Below, piece by piece: positions 9,089 to 18,237 of a DNA stretch of 43,739 nt. How positions within the stretch are numbered: position 1 is the first letter of the stretch; each line of letters starts with the position of its first letter. A program made the translations under genes and the position numbers. The stretch is from Candidatus Blackburnbacteria bacterium RIFCSPHIGHO2_12_FULL_44_25 (GTDB lineage: Bacteria > Patescibacteriota > Microgenomatia > UBA8517 > UBA10165): the NCBI GenBank assembly GCA_001816455.1, contig MHCB01000006.1, positions 1 through 43,739 of the forward strand, in the 5' to 3' direction. The notes beneath the pieces were generated by a model that searched no databases, was not told the origin of the DNA, and saw nothing but the letters and a program-made list of their open reading frames with translations.

Positions 9089-9117
9089 ATTGTACCGCTG
9101 CCCACGGAATGTGTCAA
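9089..9117 (-). promoter_or_regulatory. Sigma70-type promoter (hypothetical gene and probably ileS)
   Basis: TTGACA(9117-9112)-17 nt-TACAAT(9094-9089)-7 nt-ATG. Confidence 0.75.
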
Positions 9118-9142
9118 ACATACCGACATATTATAAAAGGCT

Positions 9143-9192
9143 CGATTTATCGGTCTCTACAAGGGGTCGCCTTGAAAATTATCGATTTGTCG
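9143..9192. repeat. Left RAYT-flanking composite repeat
   Basis: CGATTTATCG-8 nt-AAGGGGTCGCCTTG-8 nt-CGATTTGTCG. Confidence 0.8.
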
Positions 9193-9206
9193 TGCTAATC
9201 TGATAT

Positions 9207-9875
9207 ATGCCCTCAAAGAACGTGGTAAAGTATTACATTGAAAATGGTTATTATCATGTTTACAACCGTGGTGTAGAGAAAAGAAACATCTTTGAGGATC
9301 GGCAGGACTATAATGTCTTTACTTCTTACTTAAGAGATTACCTTCTCCCAAAAGATGCAGACACTTTAATGAAAGTTATCTCCGATCTCGACTCCACTCC
9401 TACAGAAAGAGATCGAGCGGCAAAACTTCTCCGTTTAAATAACTTTTCAGATGAGGTGCAGATGATTGCATATTGCCTTATGCCTAATCACTTTCATTTT
9501 CTTATTAAGCAGAGAAGTCGCAACGCTATTGATCAGTTAATGAACTCCCTGGGTACACGATATACTATGTATTTTAACAAGAAAAATGCGAGAGTTGGTC
9601 GCTTATATCAAGACGTTTATAAGGCTGTGGAAGTTGAGCAGGATGAATATCTTTTACATCTATCTAGATATATTCACAAACAAGCACTTGAATATAATCC
9701 TGTATCACCCCAGCCGTCATCGTATGAGTATTTTGTCCGATCAAAAACATCGGATTGGATCCATCCAGAGGATATACTTGCTTTTTTCTCAGGAAAGTAC
9801 CCGGTTGGTTATGAAACTTTCATGAGTCAAAAAGACGAGCTTGACTTGAGTAATCTACTACTAGAGGATAGCTAA
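9207..9875 (+). mobile_element. REP-associated tyrosine (HUH/Y1) transposase, RAYT/TnpA-REP-like
   Basis: YYHVYNRGVEKRNIF, AYCLMPNHFHFL (HUH), GRLYQDVYKA, LSRYIH (catalytic Tyr); opposite strand to its neighbours and flanked by repeats. Confidence 0.9.
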
Positions 9876-9881
9876 TCGGTG

Positions 9882-9930
9882 CGATATATAGGCGCTTTTA
9901 AGGGGTCGCCTTGGAGGGTGCGATTTATCG
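9882..9930. repeat. Right RAYT-flanking composite repeat
   Basis: CGATATATAG-8 nt-AAGGGGTCGCCTTG-7 nt-CGATTTATCG; the 14-bp core is identical to the left copy and in the same orientation. Confidence 0.8.
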
Positions 9931-9942
9931 CTCTTTTTTTAG

Positions 9943-11163
9943 TTAAGAGCGGTTCTGTCTCAAGAAAGCCGGAACCTCGAATTTTTCGCCCCATTCGTCT
10001 TTTTCGCCTGATGTGTCGTCTGTGTCGTCACTCGCAGTACTTTGAGAAGTTGGGGTTGAGGAGGTTTGAGGTCTTTTGAAAATCGATCCTGAAAAAGTTG
10101 GAGAAACTGTTGGTGGTTCATGAGGCGCGGCACTTACAATACCCTGGGGTTGTTGGGGAGTGGCGGGGCGATTACTGGTTTGAACCATCTTTCCAAGTCG
10201 AGATTTCATTTCGTCAAAGCCGGTTGCCACAACTGTAATTCTTAGCTGGTCTGATAGTTTCTCGTTAATTGTTGCGCCGAAAATAATGTTTGCATCGGCG
10301 TCTGCACTTTCGGAAATAATCCGTGCTGCTTCATCTACTTCGGCCATCGTAATATCTGTACCACCGGCTATGTTGAATAGGATTCCCTTGGCGCCTTCTA
10401 TTGAGACTTCAAGGAGTGGGGAAGATATTGCTGCGCGGGCTGCCATTTGGGCTCTGTTTTCCCCAACTCCGGTTCCTATACCTAAGAGAGCCGATCCGGC
10501 GTCTTTCATAATTGCTCGAACGTCTGCGAAATCTACGTTTATTAAACCGGGGGTTGTTATAATTTCCGAGATTCCTTGAACGCCGTGTGCAAGAACTGAA
10601 TCCACAACTTTGAACGCATCGGCGAGGGTTGTCTTTCTGTCTATAACATCCATCAATCTTTGATTGGGAATAACGATTAGGGCGTCGACATTGGGTCGTA
10701 ATGCCTCGATTCCTTCTTCTGCAACTACCATTCTTCTTGTCCCCTCAAAAGAAAATGGTTTTGTAACAATTGCAACAGTTAGGGCTCCTGATTCTTTTGC
10801 AGCTTGGGCAATTACCGAAGTTGCGCCAGTTCCGGTTCCTCCTCCCATACCGGCAGTTAGAAAAATCATATCGGCGTCAAGAAGCAGTTCTTTTAGTTTT
10901 TCGTATGATTCTTCGGCTGCTTGTTTGCCCATTTCAGGATTTCCGCCAGAACCCAATCCTCGAGTTAGTTTTTCTCCAATTTGAAGCTTTGTTTCTGAGG
11001 GGTTATTGAGAAGAACCTGGGCATCGGTGTTTATTGCGATAAACTCGACGCCTTCTATTTGAGTGTCCTCGATCATGTGCGCAATCGAGTTTCCCCCGCC
11101 GCCACCAACGGCGATTACTTTTATTCTTGCAAGCCTTGAGGTATCTGGTTTTACAAGAGCCAT
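9943..11163 (-). CDS. ftsZ: Cell division protein FtsZ
   Basis: GGGGGN, AINTDAQ, GMGGGTGTG, INVDFAD, C-terminal FEVPAFLR. It has its own promoter candidate TTGACG-16-TACAAT (11201-11174). Alternative start at 11175. Confidence 0.97.
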   Translation of the reverse strand: MALVKPDTSRLARIKVIAVGGGGGNSIAHMIEDTQIEGVEFIAINTDAQVLLNNPSETKLQIGEKLTRGLGSGGNPEMGKQAAEESYEKLKELLLDADMIFLTAGMGGGTGTGATSVIAQAAKESGALTVAIVTKPFSFEGTRRMVVAEEGIEALRPNVDALIVIPNQRLMDVIDRKTTLADAFKVVDSVLAHGVQGISEIITTPGLINVDFADVRAIMKDAGSALLGIGTGVGENRAQMAARAAISSPLLEVSIEGAKGILFNIAGGTDITMAEVDEAARIISESADADANIIFGATINEKLSDQLRITVVATGFDEMKSRLGKMVQTSNRPATPQQPQGIVSAAPHEPPTVSPTFSGSIFKRPQTSSTPTSQSTASDDTDDTSGEKDEWGEKFEVPAFLRQNRS

Positions 11164-11202
11164 TAGTGTGGCCATTGTATCACACGGTGTTGGGTCGTCA
11201 AG

Positions 11203-11673
11203 TTAAATGTTGATGAGATCAGACGTTGTTAAGGAGAGCTCTTGGAAAACCCTTTGGCCCGCATAAAAAACATTTAATGCTTCTCTTACTCCGGGCATAA
11301 TATTTTGTGCTGATGTTCCGGCAGTTTCTAAAACACTTAACAGTCTGTATGTGCCACCTTGCTGCAATCTTGTCGAAGGAGTTTGTTGAATTATTAGCGC
11401 CGCCTGTTTGGGCGTTATCTCCATTGCCTGTATTTCGGTTGAACGCGACCCGTCCGTTATTTGAAGTATCTTTCTGGGTTCTAGTCCTTCTGGTTGTCTA
11501 AAAATGTCGCCCACCATTTCTTTGGTAGGCATTTGAGCTTGTCCGTTTGAGACAAATGCAATCCACCGATCTTCATTTTCGTTTCCACCAGGACTGCGGA
11601 CAATAATAAGAACACCGATTTCTACTCTACTTCCTCTTTCCGTTGTTTTGCCGGTTGTCCGTTCGGTGTTCAT
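11203..11673 (-). CDS. Hypothetical protein
   Basis: 156-aa ORF co-oriented with and abutting the ftsZ promoter; no motif recognised. Confidence 0.55.
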   Translation of the reverse strand: MNTERTTGKTTERGSRVEIGVLIIVRSPGGNENEDRWIAFVSNGQAQMPTKEMVGDIFRQPEGLEPRKILQITDGSRSTEIQAMEITPKQAALIIQQTPSTRLQQGGTYRLLSVLETAGTSAQNIMPGVREALNVFYAGQRVFQELSLTTSDLINI

Positions 11674-11702
11674 TTTATGAAACTTTTACTGCGGCCTGAG
11701 TT

Positions 11703-11837
11703 CAAAACTGCAACCAATTTACCGTACTCCTTAGATTAATTCCCCAGAAATGTGTCTATACCTCTCTTTCCTACTTTACGCCGCTGGGCTTGGGGACTAG
11801 CTAAGCAGCGCCTTTGCAATGGTAAACTGCAATTTTG
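11703..11837 (-). ncRNA. Candidate structured RNA / 5' leader
   Basis: Long-range closing stems on the minus strand (CAAAATTGCA/TGCAGTTTTG with a G-U pair; TTTACC/GGTAAA) enclose an internal CGCTG...CAGCG hairpin; the region is ORF-free. Confidence 0.4.
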
Positions 11838-11921
11838 TATAGCATATCTTCCTATAAACAAGCAAGATTTTATGTCTCAATAATAATCGGAGTGGGAATA
11901 GGTGGTTCCAGAAGGCCATGC

Positions 11922-12458
11922 TTATAAGTTCAGTTTGTTCATAAACTCCAACGAAGAGTTAACTAACAAATTAATATCTTCATAGTCATGGTTGTCACCT
12001 GGGATCTCTAGAAGTTTATAGTTTTGAGCGTTTGAATCTGTTAAGAGCTCGTTTAAATCCTCAGCAGCTATTGCAGGATCTGATGTTTTTTGAATAAAAA
12101 GGGTTGGAACAGAATAATCTTGGAGCCAAGAATCAAAGTTTTCTTGTGTTGCTTGTGCCCATCCCACTGCGGTTCCTGCAAATATGCAAGCAGTCGGCTT
12201 AATGTCTTTATCAAAAATTGCTTTCATTGCGAGTATTGCACCTGCCGACTTAGCAAAGATTACTATTTCATCTTTTTCTTTGGCTAAGTTTTTCAGCTTT
12301 TCTAGTTCTAGCTCGAAATTCAGGTCTCCGTTTTCGGTTTCCCAATGAGAATAATCAAGGGTAAAAGTTAAGGGGTAATGAGTTTTAAAGCTGGTCTCTA
12401 TCTTTTCAATCCAAACTTTGTTTTTGCTACTTTTCCCTGGCAATAAAATCATGTTCAT
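11922..12458 (-). CDS. Small alpha/beta hydrolase (YdeN/RBBP9-like)
   Basis: ILLPG, nucleophile elbow AKSAGA, SDP, GDNHDY; TATAAT 6 nt before ATG. Confidence 0.75.
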   Translation of the reverse strand: MNMILLPGKSSKNKVWIEKIETSFKTHYPLTFTLDYSHWETENGDLNFELELEKLKNLAKEKDEIVIFAKSAGAILAMKAIFDKDIKPTACIFAGTAVGWAQATQENFDSWLQDYSVPTLFIQKTSDPAIAAEDLNELLTDSNAQNYKLLEIPGDNHDYEDINLLVNSSLEFMNKLNL

Positions 12459-12502
12459 GGGAAGATTATATTCACAAGAAGAGTATGTTCATGTGGGGTG
12501 TG

Positions 12503-13816
12503 TTATTTCTTAGCTTCAACAACTGCGTTGTCAAAGTCTACCACATACTTCCACCAGTTTTTTAAGTTACCGTCTGTTGCTCCACTCAGACGTGGAATCC
12601 GATACATCCACCACTCAAGATAACCCTGTTGATTGCATCCCCAGGCACTACAGTTTTCTTCTTTTGTTGAACCGGTTGCTGGGTAGTTGAGATATGAATC
12701 ACAGGTGTGTTTTACTTCGTTTGTGTTCGCGTAGTTATAGTCGCTTGTGCCGTTTGGGGGATAATGTACGTTGCCACAGTTGGCTACCGTTGCCGGAGAG
12801 CTTGATTTGAGGTCCTTGTTGATACAGGTGAATTTATTGAAATCGCCGCTGGTACTGCAGGTTGCGTCCCAAGCTCCTCGTCCGACGGTCATAGCCAAAG
12901 CTGTTTCAATCCAGTGACCAAACGAGTGAAGTGCTTCTGCCGTCCCCCGCTGGTAGATCCATCCCAAAACATAGATCGTTTTGTTGTTGCAGTCGGGAAT
13001 GTTGTAATTTCTTCCGTAATACAACCAATAGTTGCTGGGGGCGTTATAGGGAAATTTGTTCCCAGGAATTTTATAGGCAAATTCGTCCCATCCTGCGTAG
13101 GCGGGACCATACAAAAACACCGCGTCAATCGCGCCGCTTGAGATCCTTGAGCATAGGTTTTGCTCGCTCCATATTTGGGCATAATCAGCATGCACCCCTG
13201 ATTCGCAATCGGTAGTATTTGATTCAGAAAAGATTCCCCGGCACTTTTTATATGAGTCTTCGGTATGTCTTGGTTTGTTGATTGTTGGTGGCCATTCGTC
13301 TCTTTCTGCAAATTCAATCTCAAAATCAACAACACCACTTGACGATTTTTCGACCGAATTAACTACCGCACTGGTTTGGGCAATAGGATCGTTCCATCCA
13401 GCTTCTTCATGTAGCTTTTTTCCGCTTTTAAGGACTGGATTGTAGATTACTGCTAATACCTTTTTTGTAATTGTTGACGCTTTTACCGAGGTTGTTGCTT
13501 GGGTAGGAGTTGGGGTAGGGGTCGTTTTTGCTGTGGAGTTGGGTGTGGGGGTTGGTGTTGGAGTAGAACTTTGTCCAGGAGTTGGCACGAGTATTGGCGT
13601 ATTGCTGTCTTGCTGAGGTTTTTCTTCAGCTTTTTGAGGGTTTTCGGGGTTAATTGGAAAATTTTCTTTGATACTTTGGGGTATAGGAAGCTCTGCTAAG
13701 GACGCTGTTTTTATCTCGCCTTTGTTTATTTTGTAGAGAAATGTTCCAGTAGCCCCTGCGATGAGGATCATTAAAAGTATAAAAATTGGAACGAAACCTT
13801 TTTGCTCCTGTAACAT
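12503..13816 (-). CDS. Membrane-anchored/secreted protein with PT linker and Cys-containing, zincin-like domain
   Basis: Start at ATG 13816 (1 nt after the upstream stop): MLQEQKGF followed by a hydrophobic helix; TPTPTP linker; ALHSFGHWIE. Confidence 0.65.
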   Translation of the reverse strand: MLQEQKGFVPIFILLMILIAGATGTFLYKINKGEIKTASLAELPIPQSIKENFPINPENPQKAEEKPQQDSNTPILVPTPGQSSTPTPTPTPNSTAKTTPTPTPTQATTSVKASTITKKVLAVIYNPVLKSGKKLHEEAGWNDPIAQTSAVVNSVEKSSSGVVDFEIEFAERDEWPPTINKPRHTEDSYKKCRGIFSESNTTDCESGVHADYAQIWSEQNLCSRISSGAIDAVFLYGPAYAGWDEFAYKIPGNKFPYNAPSNYWLYYGRNYNIPDCNNKTIYVLGWIYQRGTAEALHSFGHWIETALAMTVGRGAWDATCSTSGDFNKFTCINKDLKSSSPATVANCGNVHYPPNGTSDYNYANTNEVKHTCDSYLNYPATGSTKEENCSAWGCNQQGYLEWWMYRIPRLSGATDGNLKNWWKYVVDFDNAVVEAKK

Positions 13817-13817
13817 C

Positions 13818-16800
13818 TCAGGGGGCAATTTCTTCCCATACAGGGTTATCCCGCAGGAGTTCTTTTGGAAAGTTGAGCATAAGATCTGGCGCGTATTCGA
13901 CAAGTTCTGCAGGATTTGTTTCGTTTGTACCGATAAGTCGCGGGGGTGGGTCAAGATCCCTTTGGAGAATTATTGAGTTCCAGGCGACGAGGGATCCACG
14001 AATGATGAGTTTTGAGTCGGGAGAAGAGCTGTTGGTTCCGGTTCTTATTATCCCATCGGCAACGTATACTCCTTCAATTGCCGGAGAGCTTGCGTTTGCA
14101 ACTCCCGGATCGATATTAATATCACCTGCTGCGATTGTCGCAAAGAATCCAGAGCCTTTGGTTAAATTGACTTTTCCTTGGATTGTTAGTGTCCCGTTTA
14201 CAAACAACACAATCTTTTTGGTACCGATACTCGTGTCGCCGGTTATAGTTAGATTTCCATTAGAATAAAACCAATTGTAGGAGGAAGAGCCGCTTTGGGA
14301 AACTAGTGAACTACCTGCAATACTTCCGGATATGTTTGTTGCCGTTGCCGGAAGTTTTTTCAAGAAGTAAGCATATTTGTAAAGATCCCCGGAATATCTT
14401 GAATTTGCTACCCATCCAGTTTGGGAAACTTGTCCGTAGCCCAAATTAAGATTTGACCCACCGTACATTGGGACTCCGGGGAATCCGCCGTCGCCTATTA
14501 AGTCAAGATAAGGAGAGCAGCTGCCGGAACACTGAACTGGAATTCTCGAGACAAGATTGTTGAAAGCAGCAATGTCTGAGTCTTTTACCTGGAACCATGG
14601 AACAGCAATTGGGGTGATACCGAAATTAACGGTTGTGTCGCCACTTAAATTGGAGACTGTTACCGGATCTGGGCCTTGGGTTAGACGGTATCCTGCAGGA
14701 AGTTCCAAGTCTACTGTATAGTTTTCCCCTCCCGCAAGTTCCGAGGCTATATAGTTGCCACTTGAATCGGTAGTGCGCGGACTGCCATTTACAAAAACTC
14801 TTGCTCCGCCATACCCCGGCTCTCCTCCATCTTTTGCTCCATTTGCATTATTGTCCTGGTAAACTTGGCCTGAAATTTTATATGTCGTGCCTTTGACGCA
14901 GATGTCGTATGCCAAAACGAATGCGTTTGAGTTAACACTCTCAAACGGGTTTGCCCAATAATTGGTGTGGCCCGCAATTGGAGTATCGAATTCCTTAACC
15001 GTGTTGCCCTGGTTTGTTCCGCCGGAAAAGTAGGCAGCGCAGGCTGCGTCGTTTCCGCCGTAGCACATACCGATAACTTTAAGCTTGTACGCTGTTGGGG
15101 CACCAACGCTAAAGGCAAATGTGCGTGCTCGTATCTCGTCGTATGTTCCGTCAAATGAGAAAGAACGCGTTGGGGCGCCAGCTTTGATTTCTATGTGCTG
15201 GCTCGTTTGAGGCCGGAAGCAACGGGGAAATGTTGACGGTTCATTTGGGGTTTCTATACAGGTGTCGTTTCCTGAATGTTTCCATTCTTTATAACAGTTA
15301 TTGCCCTCGTCGTCGCATATCTCTTCGTCAAACCATCCGCCGTCCATGTTTTGAGAAGGACAGCCCCCGATGGTTCCATCGGCATTTATTTGGTAGCCTG
15401 GATCTTTGTAGGGATGCCAGGGGGCAAATTCGCAAGCGCTTACACCATTTGAGAAATGTCCGGTCTCGCATTTATCGTCGTCTATATTTGGTGCGTTTTC
15501 CCCGGGGTATGGGACTCCTTCATCATCGGTACAGCTCCAGCCTTGTGCTTCGGCTTTATACAAAGGATAAAAAAGGCTGTTGTGTTTTTCCTGACCGTCA
15601 TTGTCGTCTTCTAAAAGATTGATTGTTTCGGGTTGGTTGTATGGCGTTGTGCAGTCTGCGTTGAAAAATCGCAAACGAACCTGGCCTGTTCCCGAGCAGG
15701 CTTGGCCCGGGCGGCTACAGCTTTGGCTTGGGTTATTTGAACAGGTTCCCCAGGAAACGGAACCGCAGGCGGGTTCGGCAGCGTTACAGTTCCCGCAAGA
15801 GCCATCACTACCACCGGTTCCTCCGCTGCCACCACTACCACTGCCTCCACCACCGGTTGTGAATGCAGGGCTACTTGAGTCGCATGCTCTTTTTTCGTTC
15901 TCGCCGCCGGAGTCCCATTGCACGGCTTGTGCAGAATAACTGGTCCCGGGTGTGAGCCCTGTAAGGCCGGCTGAAGGGCCTGAGTTTGTGCCGATATAGG
16001 TGCTATTCACAAACCAGTCGACACGATTCCTGCCTGAAAGCATGTCGGTACTGGCATTTCCTGTGGTGTTCCCTGTTGCGCTTGCTGAGGTGGAACAGTC
16101 TTCGGTGGTGCCACCGCCGGTTGGGGGAGGTGTGACCCCAGAACAATAAGGAACGCTAATAGTACATGGGTTGCCGCAGGAATCCTGGCCGCTTTGAACG
16201 CCTGAGGAGCTGCAGGCAGTGGAGGCGCTGCAGCCGGTACAAGTTCCAACATTGACCGTGCATTGGGCGGATTGTCCGCCCGATGAAGTTACTGTTACGG
16301 TCTTTGTGCCACTACTTTCGTATTGAACGGGGCCAAAACTGGTTCCGCTTCCAATCCCGGGGTTCCCGTCTGGAGCAGACCAGGAGAGTGTCCCTGTTCC
16401 CCCGCTGGCAGTAAACGAGGCAAGACCACCGGGTTGGATGGATTGGGAAGAAGGGGTGCAGGAGAGGGAGGAAGAGGGGGGGCTTATGTTAACCACCATC
16501 GTGACAGGACTGTTGCCATTTCCTGCTGTGTTGCTGCAAGTAAGAACAAAGTTGTAGGTGGACAGGCTTGAACTCCAATAAAGGGGCCCTATCCACGCTG
16601 AGTCTTGCGGAAGTTTACCTCCTGACCAAACGTTGTTTGTGCTTGCTGCGTCACAAGTTTGTGCTCTTAAGGAGGACCACGCAAGCTGAACTGAGCCGCC
16701 ACTGGGAATCGTTGTAGACCCCCCACCCTGCCCGCCGGCACCATTTGCTGTTAGGGAGGTGTTTGGAGCTTGAGTTATACATTGATGCGCAGAAGTACAT

Positions 16801-17309
16801 TCAGCAGGGGTTGGACACGCGTAGTTATTACTTCCTCCTGCTCCGGTACAGCTAGAAAGGCAAGCACTCCACCAACCAGGACAGTTTGGGCGAGTATCAT
16901 TGGGGTTAGTTTCGAAATAGTAACCGCAGTAGTTATTCTGATCACTTCCACTGGGCGGAGTGTTTATGGCGCCGCCTTGATTAAGAAGACCGGAACAGTA
17001 TGTATTGCATGTATAGCCGTCGTTATTGTAAGCACAAACTGATGTGTAGCCACTACAGCCATTGAACGATTCAACTGCACATGTGTTTGATACACCCGGG
17101 CACTGATAAAAAGTACGTGTGCCACTACAACTAAGGTTACTGCCATAAGTTAGGTCACGGTCAAATAGGAAGGCGCAACGCTTGTTGAGATCTTCGTCGT
17201 TTGCGGGGTTGGGAAAGTCGGCACACGTTGCTGCGCGCGTGAGTGGAGGCTTATACAAAAAGAGGGAGAAGAATACTGGTAATAGTATTATCCACCTTAA
17301 TCGGGGCAT
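13818..17309 (-). CDS. Large Cys/Gly/Ser-rich secreted surface protein with Ig/FN3-like and SdrD-B-like modules
   Basis: Signal peptide; many Cys clusters; LTGLTPGTSYS (FN3-like); ISGQVYQDNNANGAKDGGEPG (SdrD B-like); beta-rich C-terminus. Confidence 0.8.
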   Translation of the reverse strand: MPRLRWIILLPVFFSLFLYKPPLTRAATCADFPNPANDEDLNKRCAFLFDRDLTYGSNLSCSGTRTFYQCPGVSNTCAVESFNGCSGYTSVCAYNNDGYTCNTYCSGLLNQGGAINTPPSGSDQNNYCGYYFETNPNDTRPNCPGWWSACLSSCTGAGGSNNYACPTPAECTSAHQCITQAPNTSLTANGAGGQGGGSTTIPSGGSVQLAWSSLRAQTCDAASTNNVWSGGKLPQDSAWIGPLYWSSSLSTYNFVLTCSNTAGNGNSPVTMVVNISPPSSSLSCTPSSQSIQPGGLASFTASGGTGTLSWSAPDGNPGIGSGTSFGPVQYESSGTKTVTVTSSGGQSAQCTVNVGTCTGCSASTACSSSGVQSGQDSCGNPCTISVPYCSGVTPPPTGGGTTEDCSTSASATGNTTGNASTDMLSGRNRVDWFVNSTYIGTNSGPSAGLTGLTPGTSYSAQAVQWDSGGENEKRACDSSSPAFTTGGGGSGSGGSGGTGGSDGSCGNCNAAEPACGSVSWGTCSNNPSQSCSRPGQACSGTGQVRLRFFNADCTTPYNQPETINLLEDDNDGQEKHNSLFYPLYKAEAQGWSCTDDEGVPYPGENAPNIDDDKCETGHFSNGVSACEFAPWHPYKDPGYQINADGTIGGCPSQNMDGGWFDEEICDDEGNNCYKEWKHSGNDTCIETPNEPSTFPRCFRPQTSQHIEIKAGAPTRSFSFDGTYDEIRARTFAFSVGAPTAYKLKVIGMCYGGNDAACAAYFSGGTNQGNTVKEFDTPIAGHTNYWANPFESVNSNAFVLAYDICVKGTTYKISGQVYQDNNANGAKDGGEPGYGGARVFVNGSPRTTDSSGNYIASELAGGENYTVDLELPAGYRLTQGPDPVTVSNLSGDTTVNFGITPIAVPWFQVKDSDIAAFNNLVSRIPVQCSGSCSPYLDLIGDGGFPGVPMYGGSNLNLGYGQVSQTGWVANSRYSGDLYKYAYFLKKLPATATNISGSIAGSSLVSQSGSSSYNWFYSNGNLTITGDTSIGTKKIVLFVNGTLTIQGKVNLTKGSGFFATIAAGDINIDPGVANASSPAIEGVYVADGIIRTGTNSSSPDSKLIIRGSLVAWNSIILQRDLDPPPRLIGTNETNPAELVEYAPDLMLNFPKELLRDNPVWEEIAP

Positions 17310-17345
17310 GTTTTTACTATACTACAGCAAAAATAACTTTGAAAG

Positions 17346-18203
17346 CTAGGCTGTTTTGAGCGGAGCAGAAAGCCGCAGCGGAGGTGTTTCGGGGTGGCTG
17401 AGCCAACGGTCCCGCCATTCTTTGTAAGGTTGGCTATCGATACCTTTGTTTGTCCATAGCGGTATGGCTACTGTAAGTTCCGTACCCCAGTTCTGAGCCG
17501 CTGACTCTACTGGTGTCAATGCAAGGTCCGTTCTTGTTATGTTATAGAGGATTCTTAGATCTCTGCCTCCGTTGGTAAAGTTCAGGGTATAAAATCCAAA
17601 TGGGTTGTTGCAATCAGCACTGACTCCTGCTGGCGGGTTACATATTACAAGCCGTCCCACTGGAACTCCGGCTTCTCTTTTCAAACTGTCGTCATATGCT
17701 ATTTTCAGAGAATTCAAGCCAAAATCATTTGCCATTTGTTCCATCTCTTCTGGTGAATTTTGTTCGTCCTCGAGATACCAACCTATTTCACCAAGAGGAG
17801 GGTTGTTAAACTCAAATCTACCGGATTGGCTTCTGTATGTATCCCTGAATCGGCGTTCGATAAAAGTGGGTGGGTTGTCTCTCCCCTCTTCGTTGCCGGT
17901 GACTGCCATTGCGGCATCCGCTACTGTTTCTCCGTCAGGAGCAGGAGGAAGCGTGGAGGTGTCTTCCGTGGTTGGTCTTTCTTGTGCCATGGCGGAGCCG
18001 GAGATTGCCGCGCCCGTAATCAGACCAGCTATACTTGCAAACCTAGCAAGGAACCCACGACGATTGTTGTCGTCAACCGTGGGAACTACCGAGAGGGGTT
18101 CTCCGAAGGCTGGTGGGGTTGTCCTTACAGGGGATGTTTTTTGTTCAGACATGGGTGGCATATTTGGTGGGGCTAGAGAAAGTCCCCTTTCTTGGTATCC
18201 CAT
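17346..18203 (-). CDS. Hypothetical protein with twin-arginine-like signal/anchor
   Basis: NRRGFL followed by a hydrophobic stretch and AMA, after a Pro-rich N-terminus. Confidence 0.65.
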   Translation of the reverse strand: MGYQERGLSLAPPNMPPMSEQKTSPVRTTPPAFGEPLSVVPTVDDNNRRGFLARFASIAGLITGAAISGSAMAQERPTTEDTSTLPPAPDGETVADAAMAVTGNEEGRDNPPTFIERRFRDTYRSQSGRFEFNNPPLGEIGWYLEDEQNSPEEMEQMANDFGLNSLKIAYDDSLKREAGVPVGRLVICNPPAGVSADCNNPFGFYTLNFTNGGRDLRILYNITRTDLALTPVESAAQNWGTELTVAIPLWTNKGIDSQPYKEWRDRWLSHPETPPLRLSAPLKTA

Positions 18204-18237
18204 AGTTAGACTATTGTATCATATGTCTGCAAGTTTT

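Noticed and set aside
13500-13580. GGGGTT/GGTGTT-like tandem repeats
   Set aside because: They simply encode the Pro-Thr linker of the surface protein.
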